Below, in pieces: positions 37,264-61,509 of a stretch of 64,000 nucleotides of DNA (its first letter is position 1; each line of letters starts with the position of its first letter). The notes under the pieces are model-generated. The model had not been told where the DNA came from. It did not search any database and saw only the letters and a program-made list of their open reading frames with translations. The translations under genes were made by a program, and so were the position numbers. The stretch is taken from NCBI GenBank assembly GCA_002269645.1, contig NIVC01002571.1, forward strand, positions 74,520 to 138,519. The letters are read 5' to 3'. The DNA comes from Macrostomum lignano. Taxonomy: Eukaryota.

Positions 37264-38989
37264 AACAACAACAACAACAGAGTACGCTGTCAGTTCGCAA
37301 AAGCAGCGTCAGATGGCTCGCTTCGAAGCTTGGGCGCGAACAAAGGCCGCACCGCCGGCAGAGTCCGGGGCGCCGGCGTCAGCCAGCAGACAGTCGACGT
37401 AGCGCCGAGTCCTCGCCTGTCCCCGCCGGTAGGGTGCCTGCAACGTAAGTAGCAGCACCTCCTGCACCGGCTCCGGACAGTAGGCCTCGGCGCGGATGAC
37501 GTGGCCTGCCAGATGGAGTCGCCGACGGCGCAGCAGATCGCTAAGACGGGCCAGGCCGGCGCGATGATAGAGCGCCGTGTTGGGGACTCGCTCATTGCCG
37601 ATCTTGAAGGCGGCGCGCAGCAGGCCAGCGTGCGCCGCGTCAACTTGAGCCTCGAGCGAGTCTGTCAGCGTCCAGGTCTCGGCGTTGTATAACAGGACGG
37701 TCTCGATCACCGCCTGGAACAGCGCCGCCCTCTGGCGGTCCGGTAGGGCCTCGGACTGCAGGACTGACCTTATAGAACGAAAGGCAGCCCAGGCAAGTCC
37801 TCGGCGACGCCGCAGATCCTCGCGGACGTCGGGAACCAGACCGCCGAGGTAGACGAACTGCTGACATCTCGGAAGCTCACTCGCCTGTCCGTCAGCGCCT
37901 CGGCAGAAGATTGCAGCCTCGGTGTCGTCCGGCACGCATAGCACGACGGTCTTCTGCGTGTTGACCACCAGGCCGACGCTCGCCGCAACGGCAACCAGCC
38001 TATCCAGCTGTCGTTGGGCGCCCTCGACGGTCGAGGACAGCAGGGCGAGGTCATCGGCGTAGCCAAGCACGCTGAGCCGTCTCTCCGGTTGGCGTCGACC
38101 CACGCGTCGCCGCAGCAGGAAGCCGTCGTCGTTGGAAGGCAGAGCAGTCCGTAGCACCCAGTCAAGCACCAGAATAAATAGGAACGGCGCTAGCGTATCT
38201 CCCTGGAGCACCCCGGAGGATGTCTCGAAGAAATCCGATAGGCCGTCCGGTGTTGAGACAGCAGCCGTCGTGCCGTGGTACAGCGCCATGACAGCAGAAA
38301 TCAGCAGCTCTGGCACGTTGTACGCACGGAGCACCTCTGGGAGCGCGTCCCTCACGACCGAGTCGAAGGCCTTCCTGAAATCGACGAAGATTAGGATCAG
38401 GGTCAACTGGCGGATGCGCGCCTCCTCGATGACTCGCCGAAGAGCCAGGATCTGCGTCACTGTGCCGCGATGGGGCCGGAAACCGTTTTGCTCAGGCCGC
38501 AGGTACGGGTCCAGCACAGGCTGTAACCGCGATAGCAGCATGCGGTTGAACAGCTTCGCGGCGCAGGACTGTAGGCAGATGCCTCGATGCTCCTCGAGCT
38601 TGGTGGCGAAAGCGGCGCATCGCGCTCAACCTGGCAGGCGACACTCCGGATGAGCGCAGGAACGAGCTGCGCGAGTTCTTCGCCGCCATTGTCAACGCGC
38701 CGCCCCTCCGCTTCCAGAAAATCTGAGGCTGCCGCCGGAGACGCCGTTGCCGGTGGAGGAGAGCTTCAACGTTGCCCCAGTCAGCACAGCCGACGTTGTG
38801 AAGTTCGCTCGGCAGTCGCCGGGCGGCAAAGCGCTTGGTCCGGACGAGGTGCCCACCGAGGCGCTGCGGATCCACTGCGTGGCCACTGAGGTCGCCAGAG
38901 TGATGAACCGCGTGCTTTCCGGTGAGGTGGCGCCAAACGAATGGACCACGGCGCACATCGTCGCCATTCCAAAGAAGCCGGGCACCACC
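37264..38989 (-). mobile_element. 5'-truncated and 5'-inverted RTE-clade non-LTR retrotransposon
   Basis: Minus-strand RT ORF 38541-37309 (EQNGFRPHRG, FVDFRKAFDSV, GVLQGDTLAPFLF, YADD, YLGG, VLLYNAETWTLT), a very short 3' UTR and a (GTT)5 tail at 37278-37264. The upstream ORF part (GKALGPDEVP...WTTAHIVAIPKKPGT) is on the plus strand at about 38601-38989. Confidence 0.93.
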
Positions 38990-39539
38990 ATCACACAGCT
39001 CACACCTGTATCACCCAGCTCACACCTGTATCATCACTAGCTGTGGCCCAACAAGCACCGCAGTCTATAGCACAGATTCCAGATCATATACACGTATATC
39101 TTTCACCAGCTTTCTTCAAAAAAGCAAAAAACGCAGAGATTAGCTTGAAGTTGCTCAGTATGGACAAAATATTTTTGCGGCAAATATTTATTGTTCGTGC
39201 GGCAGAGTAACCCTTGCATGAAAAGATCAGAGAGCTTAACTTTAGAGATTTATAGAAAAACATCAGTTCGGTCTAAACACAGTCTAACATTACAAAGCAG
39301 ACATGGAAATATATGGGAGATCTCGTGTAACCAATGGACTCGCAAACTCTGCTGCGTGTAGAGGGTAATAACAACAAGTAAATAATTGGTTTTAAGCATG
39401 TACGAGTGTGTAAATATTTTCATAAATATAGGCAAAAAGTGCTTGAGAACTCAGCACTCCCAAATTGTCAGCTGCTATCCATGAGGAACACTCTGTTATT
39501 GGGCTAGCATTGTACTACTGGAAGTAGTAATAAGTCTAC

Positions 39540-40635
39540 TAGCTCCAGTGCTACTGTCACCCACACATCGCAGGCTCCAGTGCTACTGTCACCCACACAT
39601 CACAGGCTCCAGTGCTACTGTCACCCACACATCACAGGCTCCAGTGCTACTGTCACCCACAGATCACAGGCTCCAGTGCTACTGTCACCCACACATCGCA
39701 GGCTCCAGTGCTACTGTCACCCACACATCACAGGCTCCAGTGCTACTGTCACCCACACATCACAGGCTCCAGTGCTACTGTCACCCACAGATCACAGGCT
39801 CCAGTGCTACTGTCACCCACAGATCACAGGCTCCAGTGCTACTGTCACCCACACATCGCAGGCTCCAGTGCTACTGTCACCCACAGATCACAGGCTCCAG
39901 TGCTACTGTCACCCACACATCGCAGGCTCCAGTGCTACTGTCACCCACAGATCACAGGCTCCAGTGCTACTGTCACCCACACATCACAGGCTCCAGTGCT
40001 ACTGTCACCCACAGATCACAGGCTCCAGTGCTACTGTCACCCACAGATCACAGGCTCCAGTGCTACTGTCACCCACACATCACAGGCTCCAGTGCTACTG
40101 TCACCCACAGATCACAGGCTCCAGTGCTACTGTCACCCACACATCACAGGCTCCAGTGCTACTGTCACCCACAGATCACAGGCTCCAGTGCTACTGTCAC
40201 CCACACATCACAGGCTCCAGTGGTACTGTCACCCACAGATCACAGGCTCCAGTCCTACTGTCACCCACAGATCGCAGGCTCCAGTGCTACCAGGTACTGT
40301 CACCCACACATCACAGGCTCCAGTGTCACCCACACATCGCAGGCTCCAGTGCTACTGTCACCCACACATCACAGGCTCCAGTGCCACCCACACATCACAA
40401 GCTCCAGTGTCACCCACACATCACAGGCTCCAGTGTCACCCACACATCACAGGCTCCAGTGTCACCCACACATCACAGGCTCCAGTGTCACCCACACATC
40501 ACAAGCTCCAGTGTCACCCACACATCACAGGCTCCAGTGTCACCCACACATCACAAGCTCCAGTGTCACCCACACATCACAGGCTCCAGTGTCACCCACA
40601 CATCACAGGCTCCAGTGCTACTGTCACCCACTGAT
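39540..40635. repeat. 32-bp minisatellite (TGCTACTGTCACCCACACATCACAGGCTCCAG)n switching to a 26-bp deletion variant
   Basis: 32-bp units to about 40300, then mostly 26-bp units lacking CTACTG; the long ORFs here are repeat artefacts. Confidence 0.96.
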
Positions 40636-41359
40636 TGCAGGCTCTAGAACCAGAACATGCAGTTGAAATGTAAATACAAAATGACCGACGCTCTCTACAA
40701 AGAAGCTGCGATTTTCGAATAGAATGAGGAGCATAGCACATTATTAGACAGAGAGGCAGCTACAAACCTTCAATAGGATTTGACGCCATTGCTATGAGCT
40801 CACAGAAATTCAAAGTAAAAATTAATACCAGCTAGTTTATATGGTTATCGAGGAGAAAACGACTGTCTATGGCCAATCGAACGCGCTTCGACGGCTACGT
40901 AACTTAAATTTGGTGCTTGCGTTTTGTTTCTTGTTATGACGCGATTCATAAGAGCAAAAGTGCAAAACTATTAAGCCAAAGAAGGCATTGGCAGGAATAT
41001 TGCATCGCGAGAGAGAGACCCAAGCGACTGGGAGTGGCGATGTTTGGTCCGTCTTCACACCTTCCCAATCCAAGTCGGGCCTGAGTGAAGAGGCCAAGCG
41101 GCCAAGTGCGTTCGATTTTCTTGCGTCCCCCCACCCATCTAAACTGTCCAGAATGGAGAAGTGATCGCAGGTGGCTGGGGCACGCATCTGGGCGTGAAGT
41201 TTTGCAAGAAAGATTCCCTACTAGCTGGGAAGAGGTTTTCACCCACAGTCAACACCTGTCCAGACGAAAGACAGCTTTCTGTGTTCCGTATTATAAGATC
41301 TCTGCATCCATGGTACAAACCTTGTTGCCATGCGTGCGATCTGATCACACGCACAAATC

Positions 41360-41800
41360 TCTCCCTCTTTCTCTCTCTCTCTTTTTCGCTCTCTCTCTCT
41401 CTCTCCCCCTCTCTCCCTCTCTCTCCCTCTCTCTCCCTCTCTCTCCCTCTCTCTCTCCCCCTCTCTCTCTCCCTCTCTCTCCCTCTTTCTCTTTCTCTCC
41501 TTTTCTCTCTCCCTCTTTCTCTCTCCCTCTTTCTCTCTCCCTCTTTCTCTCTCTCCCTCTCTCTCCCTCTCTCTCTTCCTCTCTCTCCCTCTCTCTCCCT
41601 CTTTTTCTCTCTCCCTCTGTCTCTCCCTCTCTCTCTCCCTCTCTCTCTTCCTCTTTCTCTCTTTCTCTTTCCCTTTCTCTCTCTCTCCCCTCTCTCTCCC
41701 TCACTCTCTCCCTCTTTCTCTCCCCCTCTCTCTCTTCCTCTTTCCCCCTCTTTCTCTCTCCTTTTCTCTTTCTTTATTTCTGTCTGTCTGTCTCTCTCTC
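41360..41800. repeat. Degenerate (CT)n polypyrimidine tract
   Basis: About 440 bp almost entirely C/T. Confidence 0.95.
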
Positions 41801-41879
41801 TCGGGACCAGCAATCTTCCTGCACGCCCTCCTCCCTAACCAAAGCAAACTAGCAATGCTTAGCTATCGCGTCAAAGACT

Positions 41880-53669
<11,790 letters not shown>

Positions 53670-55018
53670 CTAAAAGCAGCAACTGGCTGACGTGCGGCGG
53701 CGAGAGAAGCATCAGCGGCAGTGGTGATTTCTTTTCCTCCGCGGCAAAAGATTCCCAGGCTGGCCTGGCCCGCTGTCCAGCTGGTCTTATGCCCCGCAGG
53801 ATCCCAATTCCCACTCTTATCCCCCAATTTTGCTTATCGCTGACGAGCTGGGAGGTTGTCAGTCCGACCGGCCAGCAGCAGGGCCCGCCTTACCCGGCTC
53901 GCTCAGCGGCCCAGTGGCCGGCAGCTTGTCCCGGTCGCCGAGCATGCCAACTAGACAGAATCGGAGCAGTTAACAACGGCTAAGATTCTCTAAATAGATG
54001 GCGGAGAGTCGACTATGGACTGCGATCGGATGCTAATTTAGAGGGGGATCAAGCGGCCCGGGGGCGCCCTTGCTATTGGAGAGTGTTGGAGTGCAAATTC
54101 TAACAGAGAAGCCCCGCAGAAGGCGCCCTGTGATTGGCCGGGAGAGGGGATATTCCAGATAGTCCATTTTATCAGAAACTCTGGAACAGGGAACAGAAAC
54201 AAATGGGAGGGGGAGACATGACTGACAATGCACCCTGCATTGATTATCGATCCGCCAGGCAGCCAGTTTTGTTGGCCAGCCTGCTGCAGCCCTCACAACT
54301 TCTACTTCTGCTTTCTGCTGCCCACGAGACGATGAAAGCAATTTGGCTTCCCCGGCTCCTTCAGCTCTGCCTCTCCGGGAGTCGCTGAGGTGTACAGATT
54401 GGCTGCTGCTAACTTCGATCGGCCCAAACCGAGAGTGGCCCGAGGGGGTGGCCGAAATTCTGGCCTCGAAAGCACTTGCCTGGCTTATCCATCCATGGCT
54501 TACTTTCAGGGGCAGGTGTGCTTGCTGAGGAAAATTTTCCCGCTAGTAAAACAGCCTGAGTATAGGTGGAAAGTCTGACTACTGGGATTGGAATCGTATT
54601 AGAAAATTGACTTTCCGCAGCCTTGATAAGCCAGTCAGTTAGCATATCATGCTTTAACAGTGCTACTATCAGTACAGTAGATAGCGATTTGCACCAGATT
54701 TAGTGTCCAGAATTTTAAGTCAAAGAATTTTCCTCCTGCCTCCGGGTTCGTTGGAGTTAAGGGAGGGCGGAACAGAGACTTTCCCGGCAGGTACAAAAGA
54801 AACCCATGGAAACAAATTGAGCTGATCTCAGGCAACTGGAGCTCCTCTGCTGCTTCGCTAGCGATTGAAGAGGGTCCCTGCCGCCGGCTTTGCGTGATTT
54901 CACTGAGCCAAGAAATTCTAAAGGAGCTCTCAAGGCTTTTTAGAGACTATTTTTAGGCTAGCTTTCACTCTCTTCAGGGCTCATGAGCGGCTTCCTACTG
55001 GCTTAGTGACAAACGGAG

Positions 55019-55452
55019 CAGTCAGTCAGTCAGTCAGTCAGTCAGTCAGTCAGTCAGTCAGTCAGTCAGTCAGTCAGTCAGTCAGTCAGTCAGTCAGTCA
55101 GTCAGTCAGTCAATCAGTCAGTCAGTCAGTCAGTCAGTCAGTCAGTCAGTCAGTCAGTCAGTCAGTCAGTCAATCAGTCAGTCAGTCAGTCAGTCAGTCA
55201 GTCAGTCAGTCAGTCAGTCAGTCAGTCAGTCAGTCAGTCAATCAGTCAGTCAGTCAGTCAGTCAGTCAGTCAGTCAGTCAGTCAGTCAGTCAGTCAGTCA
55301 GTCAGTCAGTCAGTCAGTCAGTCAGTCAGTCAGTCAGTTAGTCAGTCAGTCAGTCAGTCAGTCAGTCAGTCAGTCAGTCAGTCAGTCAGTCAGTCAGTCA
55401 GTCAGTCAGTCAGTCAGTCAGTCAGTCAGTCAGTCAGTCAGTCAGTCAGTCA
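55019..55452. repeat. (CAGT)n microsatellite
   Basis: About 108 tetranucleotide units. Confidence 0.98.
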
Positions 55453-55849
55453 GGGGCAGACATGGCTGGGAGAAGCGGCAGACGAACTGCAGCGACAGCA
55501 GGCAGCTCTGGATCAGAGTAGGAAGTTGAATTATTTATGGAATCCATGCTCCAATGCTGGGGTTTGGCTGCTCAGATGGACTATGATTGTCAGAGATGCT
55601 TATCCCGCATGGAGATGAGAAGATTTAGTGCTCTATCCCTGATGAAGGAGAGCGCAATGCGCGCGCCTCTGGCACGTCTGGGATCCCACAGCTAATTAGC
55701 GCGTCCCGCCAGCTCCCTCTTGGGGCTGCCTTCAATCTGCGGTGCCTAAGACACTCTGCTACAATCATGATCTTCAAAGCAAATACCGATTCCATATGAG
55801 CATCGGGGTGGTGCAACAAAAGCAACTGCGTGTTCCAAACTGATCAAGA

Positions 55850-56055
55850 GTAACCTGAGTAACCTAAGTACTCTAAACTGGGTACCTGAGTATTCTAACC
55901 TGAGTACCTAAGTATTCTAAACTGAGTACCTAAGTATTCTAACCTGAGTACCTAAGTACTCTAACCTGAGTACCTAAATATTCTAACCTGAGTATCTCAG
56001 TATTCCAACCTGAGTACCTGTGTACTCCAAACTGATTACCTGGGTATTCTAAACA
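55850..56055. repeat. 22-bp repeat (AACCTGAGTACCTAAGTATTCT)n
   Basis: About 9 degenerate copies. Confidence 0.88.
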
Positions 56056-56565
56056 AAGTATCCAAGATTGCACTGACTGGAACCATCAGAGCCCCTCACC
56101 GATGTGCGAGTCCTGGAAGTGGCCTCCCTGCCTCACGCTGGCCACGTGCATCGGCCCCATCACTGTGGGCCCCTCGTGCAGCTGATGAGGCTGCGGATGC
56201 TGGCTCTGGTGAGCCGGCTCTTGGCCGCTCATATTGCGAGTCTGTAAAAGACTTGAAATCGAGCGCAGACGCGAACCCACTAAATCGAATGGGGGAATTC
56301 AAAAGCGGAGTCTCTGCCTCTTCTAAAAGCAGCAGGGTCCCTCAGATAATTCTCAGCTTCAATGCAGCCAATCACAGCCGGTGGGCGACCAGCTCAATCT
56401 CCATCACAGAGCAGCCGCCCTACCTCTCCCCCATCTCAGCCTGCGAGTCTGCGGCTTGCCACTCAGCATTTTATGGCTCCGTGGAGACTCAGCGCCTTTC
56501 CTAGCGACTCCTCGGCCTCTCAAATTCAATTCTGCACTTCAGATGCCACTTTGTTTGCCAGCCGC

Positions 56566-56878
56566 TAATCCTAATCCTTCCTTGGGCCCTTAATTTAATC
56601 CCCGGGCCGAGCTGAGCTGCCTCCTCATCAAATGCAGGCTCGGAGGACTCGGGGGGGGGGGGCGAGGCGCGGACACGTAATGGGCATGTTTTGCCCGGTA
56701 CTGGGAAAGAAAACTTCGGACGACCCAATCCCGAACTGAGGGCAGATAACCCTAATCCTCGGGATTAAGCCTGACCGATCTGATTAAAGTCGGGGAAGTC
56801 TTATATTCGATCCGATTTCATGAAGATAACTCGAGTCTGTGATATGATAAAAGTCAAAGCTCTAATTGGCCCTAATCC
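56566..56878. promoter_or_regulatory. Cluster of six TAATCC (K50 homeodomain-type) sites; candidate enhancer upstream of or within the stomatin locus
   Basis: TAATCC at 56566, 56572, 56596, 56753 and 56873, and GGATTA at 56762, in non-repetitive DNA. Function is inferred. Confidence 0.35.
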
Positions 56879-59399
56879 CTGGAACAGGTAATCGAATAGC
56901 CAGATGGGCGCCAATGCCCTACTTGTTAATTAATTTTACAAATCGACAAGTTCATTTTGAAACTTGACGCAAACTCGGCCAGTCTACTTTAAGTAGAGAA
57001 ATGGCTTTTTTCGCACTAAAAAATCAATTTAGAAATGACGATGAAGAAAAGCATCCGTTGAGAATCTGCCCGGCTCCGATGAAGAAGAAAGTACTTCTAA
57101 AAGAGGAACTCAGATTACTCAGCAATGCATTTATAACAACCCATGAAAGCATGCTAGAGGCGAGCGAGTACAGGTGGGTTAGGGCTACAAGACGGGTAGT
57201 TTCGTAGCCGAGAGATTGATGTAACAAAGAATGCCACAGTCGATTGCCATTCTCGGTGAATGCCTGCACCAAGCTGTCTCTGATTTCTAAACTGAGGAAT
57301 CGATCTGAGGGCAGAGTTGGGGTTGGCCCAGCCTCAGCTTCGGTAATGAAGCCCGAGCAAGAAGACGCCAGGCCCTGGTGTTTTTTCAACGCTGCAACTC
57401 GTAGCCACACTGAGCCCAGCCCGCAGTGGTCGTCATGGCAACGCATCGCATTCCAAAATGCCCCCGCCTCCCCAAAGGAAGTCGGAAGGGTCCGCCAGTC
57501 GCGGAATCCGTAATAAAAATATTTATTCTAAATTTGTACTGCAGAACAGCTGATGGCTAGAGAGCGGAATCAAGTCAATGATGGCTGAGAAATATGTTCC
57601 ACTCAAAGCCGCCACTCACTGACATCGTAGCCAGGCTTCATCGGGGTGGTGGAAGCTGCGCCAAAACTCTCGGCCATGCCGCCGGATGCTCCTTCGCCGT
57701 CGCAGTGTTCAATAATTTCGTTGTCTTCGTCGCCCGGAATCGCCTTGGTGCTGCCGCCGCTCATCACGGGCTGTCTCTACTGGTTCGGTCCTGGCCTTCC
57801 TCTGCTCCCCTTGCTTGGCGCTCGCTATTTTATTTCTTCCTATCTTATTTTTCAGCTTTCACTACCAAGGACCGAAAGAACGGCCACGCTGCTGCTGCCG
57901 CTGTCTTCTTCCCCCTCTTCGTGCCCACCTCCCCCCCCGCGCCCGTGGCCCCGCTGTCATTATGTGAGCACCGCTGCCTCCGCCCTCTCCTCTGGCGCCC
58001 CCCGGCGGGCCCTCCCACCATCCTCCACCTTGCCAATCGGCCAGTGAGGGTCGGTGGGGAATCTTCTGGGGTTGGGGTGGGGTGGGGTAGAGAGTCGGGA
58101 CTGGGGGAGGGGAGCTGCCCCAGGATAGGAGATTGAGTACGCCAGGAGCCCGGGGACAGGGACTGATTTAGCAAATAGAGGGGCTGAGAGCTGAGATGCT
58201 GGGGCCGGGCCCGCTGGCGGGAGGGTATTGAGCAGGGGTGCCCGGCAACCGCTAGGAGTGGGAGAGAAAAGTGGCGGCCGCCCACACGACTCCTCCCAGT
58301 GTGTGTTTTTCTCGGTTATGCAGCTCTCCCAGCATCTCGTCCCAGCTCCTTAATCATCATCAGCACCGCGCCATCATCGGCATAAATTCCATGCTGGAAT
58401 TTCCCGTGTTCCTTGCTAGGCAGCTAGATGGGCGCCGAGAATGGGAGGTGAAAGCTCTTCTATTAGCAGCAGACTATGGAACTGGGAGCTGGGAGTAGCC
58501 CTGACCCGCCGCCCTCCTTATTCACTCATTTTTCCCATTGACACGAAAGTTAACTCCCCTCCCCAGTTGAATGGCCGGCTCAATGAACTAATGCTTGATC
58601 AGCCAAGCCCTCTAGGGACTGCTAGCGGCGCTGCGAGGTCAAGCCTGCCCTATCTCGGGACCGAGGCCAAGGAAATTTGATTGCGGCCCCGACAAAAGTG
58701 CACGGGCTGCTGTGGGGATTCGGCGATTTTATAGCACCGAGTTGCCGCGTGCAACAAAGTCGGTGTTAGTTTAAAAGTGTGCCTCAGTGACCCCATTGGA
58801 AACCTTTTCTCAGTCTTAGCTGCCCCCACCCCACCCGCTGTCTGAGGAGGTTTCAGTTTCTCCAGCCGAAGATGCAGCTGCGGCTTCAATTGCAATCAAC
58901 TGCGGCGGCTGCCCGAAGGGAGGAGAGCAGAGAGAGAGGGAGAGGTTGGAGCAGCGGTCAGGTATTGGCTACCAGGCTTTAGCGAAGATCCAACCTAGTT
59001 GCTGACAGTCTAAAGAACTCCAACTGTTAAAAAACTAGGATCCTATAGAGCCGATGAGAGCTGCTGGGGGGGGGGTAGAAAGGCAATCGCAGCGCGGGAT
59101 TAACGAAGATCGCATCCCCTCCCACCCAGTCTGCCCAGATAGATCCCAAAGCGAGACAAAAGCTCAAAGCTTGAGAGCTCAAAGCGACTGGCCAAATGAG
59201 ATAAGTTCGCCACACACACGCACACACACACACACAGGTCTCTGGGCCTCGCCCACTCTGCCTGGAATTCTTGTATGAACTCCTCGCCAGCCCGCGGGGC
59301 GACCAAGGCGATTGAGTTAAGGACGAAGGCCGGGAGTTCTAGAGAGTGAATCTTCAGTGAAAAGGATCACTCGGGTTTCGAATGGGGTGTCACAAACTC

Positions 59400-59695
59400 A
59401 AAACTTCACAGATTTCAAACTTCACAGATTCCAAAATTCACAAATCCCAAACTACACAAACCCTAAACTACACAAACCCCAAACTACACAAACCCTAAAC
59501 TACACAAACCCCAAACCACACAAACCTCAAACTACACAAACCCCAAACCACACAAACCCCAAACCACACAAACCCCAAACCACACAAACCTCAAACTACA
59601 CAAACCCCAAACTACACAAACCCCAAATTACACAAATCCTAAACTACACAAACCCCAAACTACACAAACCCCAAACTACACAAACCTCAAACTGC
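59400..59695. repeat. 16-bp repeat (CACAAACCCCAAACTA)n
   Basis: About 18 copies. Confidence 0.92.
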
Positions 59696-61324
59696 TTTCC
59701 CAAGACGTCCCCAAGACCCAGGGTTCAGCCTAGCAGAAGCCGCTGGGAGCGACACGCACAAACGGCGGCTGCATCTCATTGCGAGCATTGGAAAGTTGAG
59801 AAGCAGTTAAAAAACCCACTTCATGCTCTCATCCGGAGATCCAGGCTCTCTCTCTCACGCACTGTCACTCTCGGCTTCAGCGAGATGTTCTAAAGACCCT
59901 ATTTTATGCCTGCCCCTCTCAGCCAGCACACTCGCCCTCCACCGTAAGGGTCAGTGTTAATTTCTCTTCCCTCACTGGACGCTGTGTGACCAGGGCCACT
60001 GGCTCAAACCCGCTGGGACTGCGGTAGACGCTGAAAACAGGTCTTCTTCTTTTTCATCTCCCTATCCTTATCTTCTCTCTCTCTCTCTCCGTCCCCTCGC
60101 TGTCTCACGGTCTATCTCCTCCCTGGTTTCTGCCTGAGCTCTCTTAAATTCACTGCGTCAGCTTCTTCTTGGTATTGAATTGCAAAGTCTATGCTAATCC
60201 GCGCGATACTACTGATTCAGCATTAACTAGTAGTATTTGAAGTATAGTCCAGTTAAAAAATGCAGAAGCAAAAGCATGGACGCAGTTTCTATTTCTGTGA
60301 TCTCTAGCTAGTAACTTTTCGGCATAACCTATTCATTTAACATTTTTAGACACACAATGTTCACCTCTCTATGTCCCTGTGTGGCTTGGGAATCTGCGGT
60401 CCTGACACTCTGGATCCAAGCAGGCGAGTGGGAGACAGGAAGAGAGAGGCAGGCAGGAGAGGAAGGGGAACAGCAACTGGCGCTGTTTTAACAGAAAGTG
60501 ACGGACAGGAGTGCAGAAGGACCGCCGGTTAGGAGTGCGGCAAGTTTATTGGGGCTGGCTTCAGGGGGGGTGGCAGAGAGGGGAAGTCGCATTTCTTTTT
60601 CAGCTCTGCGGAATAAGTGCAATAAATGCATCATCAGTTCTCAGTTTGCTGCTGAGTTTCCAAAATCGTTGAATTACAGACTGTTGGTCTGAGGCTGCCT
60701 GCCTCTCGTGTTACTCATTTTTTTGTTCAGTCGCAGCTCCCGAGATAATCATCGCCTTTTTATGCACCGGAGATGGCAGGCGGCTGTCCGGGCCCTGCTG
60801 AGCCGGCTGGGGCAGGGCGAGGAGGGGAGGCGGGTGGCCAGCGTCTGGGACAGAAATTTGAAGTGGGGCCTAATTAGCGAGAAGGCAACTCCCCAGGGGA
60901 ACGAAGAAAGCATTAAAGAGAAAGAAGGGGGAAATGCTTTGCTTAAGCCCTGCGTGCGCCTCTTGTAGCAGAGTAGATACCGGATAGGTGGGAGATGACC
61001 AGAGCTGTATATCTAAGCATTGGCCTTGATTGATGGGGCTCAGAGCCGAGTCTAGCTCTTGTCCAGCCGCTTTTCTTTCCAGCGTTGATGGCGGCTTGCA
61101 GGCTTGCAGCAGAACTCAAGACAGAGTTGAGATGAAGGCTGGGATGAGGAATCCGTTTTTGTTTCTGTGCTAATAGTATTAGTATTCCCACAATGCTCTG
61201 AATAAACTATACTTTATTTAACAAAGTATATTGATGAAACGATGCAATGGGCTAATGGTGTAATGATGTAGCTCATAATTCTGTAGCGATGTAATGATGC
61301 AGTGATGTAATGTATTGGCATGAT

Positions 61325-61509
61325 GGGGGCCGTAGCCCAGTGGTCCAGCGCGGCGCTCCGATGTGCCAGCGGCCCAGGCTCGATTCCAAGTGCAGTCACA
61401 TTAATTTGGGGCTAAATTGGAATCTCGGCTTGGCTCTGCTCGTGCCAGCCCCCAAGGCACAGTGAAGTGTACATACCTAACGATAAATAAAGTTAGGGCC
61501 GCTGTACAC
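61325..61509 (+). mobile_element. tRNA-derived SINE, copy C
   Basis: GGGGCCGTAGCCCAGTGG (A box), GGCTCGATTCC (degenerate B box), CACATTAATTTGGGGCT, CAAGGCACAG, and 3' AGTTAGGGCCGCTGTACAC. Confidence 0.75.

Noticed and set aside
36415-40666. His/Thr/Gln-rich ORFs over the 20-bp and 32-bp arrays
   Set aside because: Repeat artefacts open in several frames, with no unique coding flanks.
57000-58285. Several 70-180-aa ORFs in GC-rich unique DNA
   Set aside because: No recognisable domain, low complexity (Pro/Ser/Gly), overlapping in multiple frames and no consistent exon chain.
61325-61398. Functional tRNA gene
   Set aside because: The acceptor stem does not pair, the B box is degenerate, and the sequence continues into a SINE body shared with two other loci.
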